Below, in pieces: positions 25,861-32,765 of a stretch of DNA of 38,559 nucleotides. The notes beneath the pieces were generated by a model that worked only from the letters and a program-made list of their open reading frames with translations, was not told where the DNA came from and did no database searches. The first letter of the stretch is position 1, and each line of letters begins with the position of its first letter. The DNA comes from an uncultured Candidatus Saccharibacteria bacterium (lineage in GTDB: Bacteria; Patescibacteriota; Minisyncoccia; UBA6257; 2-01-FULL-56-20), in assembly GCA_964355785.1 (NCBI GenBank), contig CAYHEU010000002.1, forward strand, positions 1 through 38,559. The letters are read 5' to 3'. Position numbers and translations under genes: made by a program.

Positions 25861-26930
25861 AATACACAGAAAAAATTAAAAGGTTAACATTTGGAGTATT
25901 TAATCTACTCGCTTTCACTGCTGTATTAGCCATAGCTTTCGGGGGGTTGCAGATTCCTTTCACAGGGGATTGGGCGTGGAACTGGATTCTTGGGTTGGTT
26001 TTCATTATTGGATTTTGGCATTTTGCGTATTCTCTTGGTCGGGATGGAAAAGACAAGCAAGTGATTCCGAGTAGGGAAGAAAATCCTCAAAACTTATCGA
26101 ACGAGAAAGCAACAGGCGAAAGGAAAGAGGGAGAAATTGTTTTCCTCCCGACTTATCGCAATCCAAGTAGCCCGAAGCCGTACTGGGAGCATGACCCAGA
26201 GGACAACTTAATCAAAGTTTTAGAAGAGCTGGAAAAAGAAGAGCAGGAAAGACCCAGAATCCTCGCGCATAAGAATCACAACGTACCCCTAATTAAGTGT
26301 AGAAAATGCAGCACCATCTATTGTCCCCTGGAAAAGTATTGCCCTGAGTGCAAGGAGGTTGATGTAAGCAACGTTGAAATTCGAGAACAATGGCGGCGCG
26401 AGTTAATAACGTTTTCCGATAACTGGGGCTCGTCAGTCGAAGACGCTATTGTGATTAGAGGTGCAGAGAGCCAATCCGAAGGGATTGCCGTCGAACATCG
26501 CTATTTACAAGGCAAATATGGTGAGCGTAGAGAAGATTGGGATTTATTGGTACAGCAACTTATCCATGACGGCGGAAGAAGCTATGACCAAATGGAGCTA
26601 TCTCTTCTGCCAGATGGCTTCAAAGAAACTTTGTATTTTGACATTACGGATTTTTTTGGTAAGCAAACGCCAGCATTGACGCGAGCAGCCGAGGAAATAA
26701 TGAGTTATAAGGACGTCGAGGATGCAGGGCGCCAACTGGTCCAAAATATGAATGCCACAAGGAAAATTTCAGAGACCCTATTTGCTGTCTACTCTTACGT
26801 GTGCGAAATTTTTGATGGGAAGCGAGGTAGGTTTTTAGAAATTGTGGCCACAATAATAGGTATAATTTTTGGTATATATTTTCTGACACTTTTCGTAGCG
26901 GTTATCTTTTGGTTATATGAGAATTTTTGA
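25857..26930 (+). CDS. Membrane protein with central Zn ribbon and a soluble domain of unknown function
   Basis: ATGA overlap with the protease stop (translational coupling). Two N-terminal TMs and one C-terminal TM. CRKCSTIYCPLEKYCPECK ribbon. Soluble domain ...AIVIRGAESQSEGIAVEHRYLQGKYG...YDQMEL...LYFDITDFFGK. Confidence 0.6.
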   Translation: MKYTEKIKRLTFGVFNLLAFTAVLAIAFGGLQIPFTGDWAWNWILGLVFIIGFWHFAYSLGRDGKDKQVIPSREENPQNLSNEKATGERKEGEIVFLPTYRNPSSPKPYWEHDPEDNLIKVLEELEKEEQERPRILAHKNHNVPLIKCRKCSTIYCPLEKYCPECKEVDVSNVEIREQWRRELITFSDNWGSSVEDAIVIRGAESQSEGIAVEHRYLQGKYGERREDWDLLVQQLIHDGGRSYDQMELSLLPDGFKETLYFDITDFFGKQTPALTRAAEEIMSYKDVEDAGRQLVQNMNATRKISETLFAVYSYVCEIFDGKRGRFLEIVATIIGIIFGIYFLTLFVAVIFWLYENF

Positions 26931-27080
26931 AACCGCACAACATGGAACTGTGAGCGAGTGGTATCAAGCTGCGAAAGCGCAGGGCTATCTGGTGCCGCTC
27001 CCCAATGTGCCATGGACTAAGTTAACTAATGAAAGCTAAGAGTACGAATCTTTTAGAAGCATTTAATTTTCTCATAAAAC

Positions 27081-27881
27081 ATGGGAAAATCATCCTGGTT
27101 GGTAAATCTTACATCTACGATTTATCAGCCTCCAAATTATGGGATAATGGTTTCAATGGAAGAGAAGAAATTAACTCAAGCAGATTTCGAAAAACTTGAA
27201 AAAGAGTTTCTGACTAATCTCCAGAAGATATTTAGTGATATTACGGCTTCTATCAGAATTTTACGCAAGCGAAATAAGGCATTCGTCAAAAGCGAGCTGT
27301 GTTTAGCTTTTACTGCTGCCGATACTTTCTCCCGTTTCTATAAAATTTTTCAAGGTTCTTCCGAGGAAGAATTGGATAAGTGGAGTGAGGATAGATTCAA
27401 GGCTTGGATGCAGGACTTTGTATTCAATAACGCGAACGAAGTGTACAAAGTTCATAAGGAAGACATAGCTTGTGATACTGGCCTTGCGTGGAAACTTCGC
27501 TGTTCCTTACTGCACTTTTATGGGTTACCTAGTCCAAAAAGCACTGGCGGGAGAGTCGGCTTCATGGGTGGAAATCCCGAAGAAGTAATGAAGATGAGAG
27601 AGGAATTTAGTAAAAGAGGAAAACATATACAACTCGTACATCCGTACTGGTTAGTCGAGGCAATTTTGAGTGGCTTATTGGTACAGTTGCAGAGCATGGT
27701 GAAAATGATTCGAGAAAACCCCAACGCCTATATTAAGGGGGTAAGGTTGGCACACAAGATTATCATGTCCGAAGGTGCAATTTTTGTTGACATTGAAAAA
27801 ATGATGCGACAGACGGGCATTCGCAAATGGAAGAGCAAAGTACAAACCCTCCTTGGTTACCTCCGAAAACGTATAAGTTAA
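27081..27881 (+). CDS. Hypothetical alpha-helical protein with HEPN-type Rx4H motif
   Basis: LAWKLRCSLLHFYG (R140..H145, nt 27498..27515) in a predicted helical protein. The start is uncertain; internal ATGs fall at codons 23 and 26. Confidence 0.45.
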   Translation: MGKSSWLVNLTSTIYQPPNYGIMVSMEEKKLTQADFEKLEKEFLTNLQKIFSDITASIRILRKRNKAFVKSELCLAFTAADTFSRFYKIFQGSSEEELDKWSEDRFKAWMQDFVFNNANEVYKVHKEDIACDTGLAWKLRCSLLHFYGLPSPKSTGGRVGFMGGNPEEVMKMREEFSKRGKHIQLVHPYWLVEAILSGLLVQLQSMVKMIRENPNAYIKGVRLAHKIIMSEGAIFVDIEKMMRQTGIRKWKSKVQTLLGYLRKRIS

Positions 27882-27888
27882 CTCTCAG

Positions 27889-28593
27889 GTGCCAAAAACC
27901 CCAAACGGAATAATTGGATTTTTCAGTTACAGTCTTGAAGACAAGCAGCAGAATAATTTTGACCTACATCACGCACGAAAAGTTTTTGACTTAAAAATCA
28001 CCAATACGTTTCCTTTGGTTACTTTAAACAGTGAGGGCGAGCAATTTGTACAGAACAGTTCTGGGGGTATCGGGAAATCGTCCATTGAATTTCAGCATTT
28101 TTCTATCCCTCCAGACCTAGAAGTCCATCTGAGTGGTCCCGCAGGACATCAATTTTTCGAGACTGACCTCGTTGACCCCAAAACGAAGGAGATGAAAAGA
28201 GATTTTATTCACATGTTTAGTTGGCTAAGTAAGCCAATAGTGCACTATCAATATTTTCCAAAAGGCACTTGGTATGGTGCAGCGTTGATAACTTTGATAC
28301 CTGGCCAAGAACATACTCAAAACACTGGTCTTTTCGTTGATTTTTTTGTGCATCGAAAACTCACTGATTACAGCCAGGCTAAAACCTTTCAGCTACAAAA
28401 CCCAACCTGCTACTTTATGCGCCCAAGTGAAGAGAAATCATACCTCTTTGGCCCTTACGACTTTTATGGCGACGATGTTTTTAGAGGGAAAAATCCTAGC
28501 GTAAAGGGGGCAAATTTTTTCACTATACGTTTTGGTTTTTATGAGTGTAGAGATGGGAATTCGAAATTAGTAATACCCTTTAAACCAAGGTAA
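27889..28593 (+). CDS. Hypothetical protein (no recognisable domain)
   Basis: GTG start 7 nt after the previous stop. 234-aa ORF, aromatic-rich and probably beta-rich. Confidence 0.45.
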   Translation: MPKTPNGIIGFFSYSLEDKQQNNFDLHHARKVFDLKITNTFPLVTLNSEGEQFVQNSSGGIGKSSIEFQHFSIPPDLEVHLSGPAGHQFFETDLVDPKTKEMKRDFIHMFSWLSKPIVHYQYFPKGTWYGAALITLIPGQEHTQNTGLFVDFFVHRKLTDYSQAKTFQLQNPTCYFMRPSEEKSYLFGPYDFYGDDVFRGKNPSVKGANFFTIRFGFYECRDGNSKLVIPFKPR

Positions 28594-28686
28594 TATTTCC
28601 AGAGGCCACGAGCTTTGGTTGTATTATAATGCCGTCTATGTCGGGCAAAACCAAATCAAAGACTAGCTATTAATTTACTACAAGAT

Positions 28687-29775
28687 ATGACAAGGAACAG
28701 AGCCATTTTTCTTGCATTCACGGGACAAGAAATTGAGCAGTCGGAGCACACCTCTGAAATACGGGATGGCTATGAATGCTGGAATCTCAAAAAATTTACT
28801 CTAGCCGAATTTATTAAAGCGCTTCAAGGCAAGATACCGCCAGTTAACGATAATGTCCTTCGGAACTATGCGAGAAACGAAGACAACACACAGGACATAT
28901 TTGGTATTACCGAAAGACTTTTCAAAGAGTGTTCTTGGGGCCTGCTCATTCCCGATAGCTTGGAGGATGCTGTGGGTAACTATGCGGAGACGATTTTCTT
29001 AGTTAACCTGTATTCTCCAACGTTTCTTTACCCACTATTTTATGCTGGCGACATGGGCATCACACGTCCAGTGCATGACCGAGAAATTTTCGAATTTGCC
29101 CACTATCAAAATCAAGCACCCCTTTTCAAAAGAAAGGAATTTGTTTCTTTCTTCAAGACCATGCTTCCACAATCTCAGTACGGGACATGGATGCTCTATC
29201 GTGCTCAGAGGTGGGATGAAGAGGACTGGCGACTATTCGTTGCGGGGATGCTTTTTTCTGGTCTTAGAGATTACGACAATAGAAAAACATCGTTTGGCTG
29301 GCAGAGGGAATCTGCTGATATGGGAGCGGTTCTTGAATCACTATTCACCGCAGGAGATTCTCACAACGAAGAGGTTGGATACAGATTGCGGAAGCGCGTA
29401 GCAGTGCTTTTGTCAAAGAGATTCCCATCAATCGAGGAAGATATTAAACAGCTCTACGCACAGCGGAGTGCATTTGTGCATGGAGCGTTTTTTGCACAAA
29501 TTGCGCGAGATAGCAAAGATGCCTTTAACAATCTCCCAATTCCAGATTTTAACCTCTTGTATCAACAAAAAGAGTATGTCCGATGGGCACTGGTTGCCTA
29601 TCTCCATCTGGCACAACTCGTAAAATCGAAGCCAGCCCCATATGGCGGCGCAACAAAGGTTATTAGAGTGCTCGAAAACTCAATTATAGATATGGAGTTG
29701 CGAAAGAAAGTCCTTGCAGATGTCGAGAAAGTTCTTTCTTTGTTGCCCAAACCGAGGGGATACGACGAGACTTAA
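28687..29775 (+). CDS. Hypothetical protein with C-terminal HEPN-like domain (Apea-like pattern)
   Basis: LYAQRSAFVHGAFF (R260..H265, nt 29464..29481) preceded by helical segments. The RS..VHG pattern resembles HEPN RNase active-site helices. Confidence 0.5.
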   Translation: MTRNRAIFLAFTGQEIEQSEHTSEIRDGYECWNLKKFTLAEFIKALQGKIPPVNDNVLRNYARNEDNTQDIFGITERLFKECSWGLLIPDSLEDAVGNYAETIFLVNLYSPTFLYPLFYAGDMGITRPVHDREIFEFAHYQNQAPLFKRKEFVSFFKTMLPQSQYGTWMLYRAQRWDEEDWRLFVAGMLFSGLRDYDNRKTSFGWQRESADMGAVLESLFTAGDSHNEEVGYRLRKRVAVLLSKRFPSIEEDIKQLYAQRSAFVHGAFFAQIARDSKDAFNNLPIPDFNLLYQQKEYVRWALVAYLHLAQLVKSKPAPYGGATKVIRVLENSIIDMELRKKVLADVEKVLSLLPKPRGYDET

Positions 29776-29864
29776 CGGTCTTTAGTGTAAGAGCTTTTAA
29801 GTACATAGGCACGAGCAAGGAATATTGATTAGCGAGTGGAAAACTGGTTTTTTCTACTCTCATC

Positions 29865-29873
29865 TGCTATAAT
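29865..29873 (+). promoter_or_regulatory. Extended -10 box TGCTATAAT
   Basis: TGnTATAAT match about 265 nt upstream of the HD-domain gene, at the start of an ORF-free structured region. Confidence 0.35.
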
Positions 29874-30022
29874 ATGAGTGTAAGTTTGACAATGTAGGTG
29901 TCGTTCGTACACGCAATCACGAATCGCTTCTTTCTCCCCGCTGGGGTAGGCAAACTGGGAAATCTGCAGGGAGCCAAATGAAATAAGCGACTAACCACGA
30001 AAGGCGGTTGGGAGATTTCAAT

Positions 30023-30069
30023 CTAAGAGATAGCAATATCTTTTGGTGAAATCTCTTAGCCGCTTTTTT
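30023..30069 (+). terminator. Terminator-like hairpin plus U-tract inside the leader of the HD-domain gene
   Basis: CTAAGAGAT (30023..30031) pairs with ATCTCTTAG (30051..30059), followed by CCGC and TTTTTT (30064..30069). Competing pairings exist (see finding). Confidence 0.4.
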
Positions 30070-30138
30070 CGTTTTCGGGGAGGTCGAGTGAAAACGAAGA
30101 ACGAGCTAATAGTCGAAAAAAATAACAAAAACAAATCT

Positions 30139-30726
30139 ATGAACAATACACAAAATCTCGTAGAGAAGGCCATAGCGAAAGCAATAGAGCTTCACAAAGG
30201 GCAAGTAAGAAAAGGGGATGGCAAAATTCCTTATGTCGTGCACCCCTTTGAAGTTGGCATAATCGTTGCGCGATATACCAATAGCCCAGAGCTCGTTGCC
30301 GTAGCCATCCTTCACGATACCGCAGAGGATTGTAAATACCCTCTTGAAGAACTAGAGAACGAGTTTGGAAGCGAGGTAAAAAATATCGTATCTACGCTCA
30401 CGGAGAATAAAGCAATTTCTGATTGGGCGGACCGAAAGATAGAAAACATTAAACGCTTGCGATTGAATCAGGAAGCCTACTTCATCAAAAGCGCCGATGC
30501 ACTTGCAAATATGCGTTCGCTTCTCACGGCAATAAAGGAAGAAGGTTCCATTGTGTGGTCCCGATTCAACGCCCCGAAAGAAAAGAAGATGGATTACTTC
30601 AAGGTTATCCTTCAAGACACAGAGGATTTTCTTCCGAAGAAGCTCATTGAAGACTATGTCTCGGCCCTAAAAGACCTTGAATACTCAGAGTTTCTGGAGA
30701 AAGAATCAGCCTTTGGATTTGCGTAA
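30139..30726 (+). CDS. HD-domain (p)ppGpp/alarmone hydrolase-like protein (SpoT/Mesh1-type small alarmone hydrolase)
   Basis: AIELHKGQVRKGDGKIPYVVHPFEVGII...VAVAILHDTAEDC...L...FG..V...V..LTE is the classic HD hydrolase core. ATG at 30139 is preferred over the track start at 30043. Confidence 0.75.
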   Translation: MNNTQNLVEKAIAKAIELHKGQVRKGDGKIPYVVHPFEVGIIVARYTNSPELVAVAILHDTAEDCKYPLEELENEFGSEVKNIVSTLTENKAISDWADRKIENIKRLRLNQEAYFIKSADALANMRSLLTAIKEEGSIVWSRFNAPKEKKMDYFKVILQDTEDFLPKKLIEDYVSALKDLEYSEFLEKESAFGFA

Positions 30727-30812
30727 GGAAAAAACGTCCGCTGTACAACTTTAGCAGCATTCTCAGGAGGTTATTTGAAAACACCTATCGAGGAGAGTAC
30801 ATTGAGATTGAT

Positions 30813-31328
30813 ATGAGAAGACACGTTATCGGTATTATGACCTCCCTCCTATTACTGGTCCCAATTGCTAGCTTTGCTCATCCTGGGCGAACGGATAGTT
30901 ACGGATGCCACACGTGCCGCACGAATTGTCCTTCGTGGGGGCTAAGTTCTGGAGAATATCATTGCCATCATGCCAAGGCGTTACCACAACCAGAACCGCC
31001 TATTAGGAGCCGTTACGGCGAATATGGAACTGGATACACGGAGCCAGCGCCTGACTACGCGAAGCCTGTCTCGCCCGTAACTCCGACTCTCGCACCAAAG
31101 CCTGTACCATCGTACCAGCCGCAGTCACCACAATACGCGCCCGAACCCAAGGTAGAATTTTTGCAACCAAAAAAAGAAAGCGTTGACGCCGCTTCTCCAT
31201 CCAACCAACTCCAAGAAATAGAGGAAAAGTATTCACCCTCTCAACAAGCGGCGGTAGTGCATAACAATCAACCTCAGGAGGGATTTTGGAAGCGACTGTT
31301 TGGTTGGTTCGCAAATCTTTTTGATTAG
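30813..31328 (+). CDS. Secreted YHYH-domain protein with Pro/Gln-rich tail
   Basis: Signal peptide, then HPGRTDSYGCHTC....GEYHCHH, matching the YHYH motif pattern. Confidence 0.65.
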   Translation: MRRHVIGIMTSLLLLVPIASFAHPGRTDSYGCHTCRTNCPSWGLSSGEYHCHHAKALPQPEPPIRSRYGEYGTGYTEPAPDYAKPVSPVTPTLAPKPVPSYQPQSPQYAPEPKVEFLQPKKESVDAASPSNQLQEIEEKYSPSQQAAVVHNNQPQEGFWKRLFGWFANLFD

Positions 31329-31331
31329 CCA

Positions 31332-31607
31332 ATGAAAAAATTAATCGTTTGGATTCTACTCGTTAGTGGGGTTGTCGGAGGTATATGGTGGTTTAATTCC
31401 AATAATTCTCAGAGTTCTAAGACCAGTTTTGAGCGTCTCGATAATCCGAATATAGAACGCTCTTTCTCTTCAGGCGATTACGACTGTTCTGATTTTTCCA
31501 CCCAAGATGAAGCACAGACATTCTTTGAATCAGAAGGCGGGCCTAGCGACGACCCTCATAATTTAGACAGAGATGGTGATGGTGTGGCCTGCGAGTCGTT
31601 GCCGTAA
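31332..31607 (+). CDS. Excalibur calcium-binding domain protein
   Basis: N-terminal TM. C-terminal [16 protein letters not shown]...[18 protein letters not shown] matches the Excalibur signature. Confidence 0.75.
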   Translation: MKKLIVWILLVSGVVGGIWWFNSNNSQSSKTSFERLDNPNIERSFSSGDYDCSDFSTQDEAQTFFESEGGPSDDPHNLDRDGDGVACESLP

Positions 31608-31976
31608 GACGTGAATAGGTTATACGGAAAAGAGCGAAATACACAAAGAATTAGAAGGTTTAGTGCATTAAGGAATTAGAGCGAGCAGTATTGACGATTT
31701 AAACCCAGACCATCACGACAGAGTCCAAATCGCCATCGGTCTCCTAAACGCTGAGTCGGCAGAAAAAATTACCAAATCCATAGACAAGTTAGTTGAATCA
31801 AATGAGACGAGCGGCAAAATAAGCGGTAAAGCGATATTCTGGAGCAAGGTCCTTACTATTGCACTAATTTGCGTTACCTTGATTGTGGGGTTGTTACAGG
31901 CGTACGTGATTTGGAAAACTTCAACTTTCGGCCAAGCTGAAACACAAGATTTTTCATCCGAGCCCACTCAATAAAA

Positions 31977-32453
31977 ATGGAAACAGAAAACCTTTCTGCA
32001 AAGGACGACATTATTAGGGGCGATAAAGCCATCTTGGGCTATTTAGTTGAAAACTGTATATCTGCCTATGATGAATTGTGCAAAGTAAATCGAGAGCTTG
32101 TTGAGGGAATGGCACCAAACTCAAATGCCGACGTAAATCGTTTGGGTATGATGAACAGGGTACTTCAAGATTACGTAATTATTCGCGTTGGTGGACTGTT
32201 TGATAGGGTGAAATATAAGACAAGAGGCGAAACCGATGAAGTCATCTCTTTCGAAAAGCTATATTCTGGTGACAAAGGGCTTGAAAACGTAAAAGGGCAA
32301 GAAATCATAAAATACATTATTAAGCAAAGGCATAATTTTACTGCACACACTAACCGAAATCATATAGAAAAAAACTTCCCAGTGACGGCCAAGATTTGCG
32401 ATTCTAACCTAAAGACATTATTGGAAATCTTGCAAAAATTATTAAAAAGCTAA
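31977..32453 (+). CDS. Hypothetical helical protein with HEPN-type Rx5H motif (AbiU2-like pattern)
   Basis: IIKQRHNFTAHTNRNH (R118..H124, nt 32328..32348) near the C-terminus of a 158-aa helical protein. Confidence 0.4.
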   Translation: METENLSAKDDIIRGDKAILGYLVENCISAYDELCKVNRELVEGMAPNSNADVNRLGMMNRVLQDYVIIRVGGLFDRVKYKTRGETDEVISFEKLYSGDKGLENVKGQEIIKYIIKQRHNFTAHTNRNHIEKNFPVTAKICDSNLKTLLEILQKLLKS

Positions 32454-32586
32454 TCATCGCCAACGAACCGTGAGTACCTCGATGCGGCGGGTTCGATTAA
32501 ATCCCCCCAGATAAATCAGGTATATAAACATAACCTTTTCGCCTAGCAATTACAGTTCTAACGTCGTCTACGACCCCGCGCAGCCT

Positions 32587-32626
32587 AAAACAAAAACAGC
32601 CCCGCCACGGCGGGGCTGTTTTTGTT
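32587..32626. terminator. Bidirectional rho-independent terminator
   Basis: A-tract AAAACAAAAA, GC-rich hairpin CAGCCCCGCC-AC-GGCGGGGCTG, T-tract TTTTTGTT. Serves the minus-strand gatA operon and the plus-strand island genes. Confidence 0.75.
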
Positions 32627-32765
32627 CGGCTGCCCGACACGAAGTGTTTAGGGCAATAATTTACTTCGCGATGGGATTTGAACGAGGTGTGGGTCGGCCT
32701 AGCTCGTGCCGGACGACCATAGGGAGGGGAAGCCACCGCTTTTATTTTCCGTCGCAGTCGGGAAT

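Larger units (their letters stand above)
20762..32586. mobile_element. Integrated ~12 kb element (serine-recombinase type), right boundary uncertain
   Basis: Starts immediately after tRNA-Asp. More AT-rich by eye than both flanks. Carries recombinase, HTH and replication-O-like genes, then unrelated cargo. Flanked by housekeeping ligA/tRNA and gatCA-murD. Confidence 0.6.

Noticed and set aside
29880-30138. Assigning the HD-gene leader to a known riboswitch class (ykkC-type ppGpp/PRPP or similar)
   Set aside because: I could not recognise any conserved aptamer core by eye. Only the competing-hairpin expression-platform-like architecture is supported, so no class is claimed.
31713-31967. 84-aa minus-strand ORF from the track
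   Set aside because: Its composition is less protein-like than the opposite-strand frame, which encodes a clean tail-anchor helix and abuts the next gene. The region is reported as uncertain and this ORF is not called.
32497-32736. 79-aa minus-strand ORF, and the possibility of an intact tRNA or tmRNA in 32640..32740
   Set aside because: The ORF runs through the terminator hairpin and the tRNA-derived fragment. The tRNA-like piece has the T-loop and 3' T-stem of tRNA-Asp but no complementary 5' T-stem or acceptor partner. I could find no tmRNA-type 5' end or tag reading frame.
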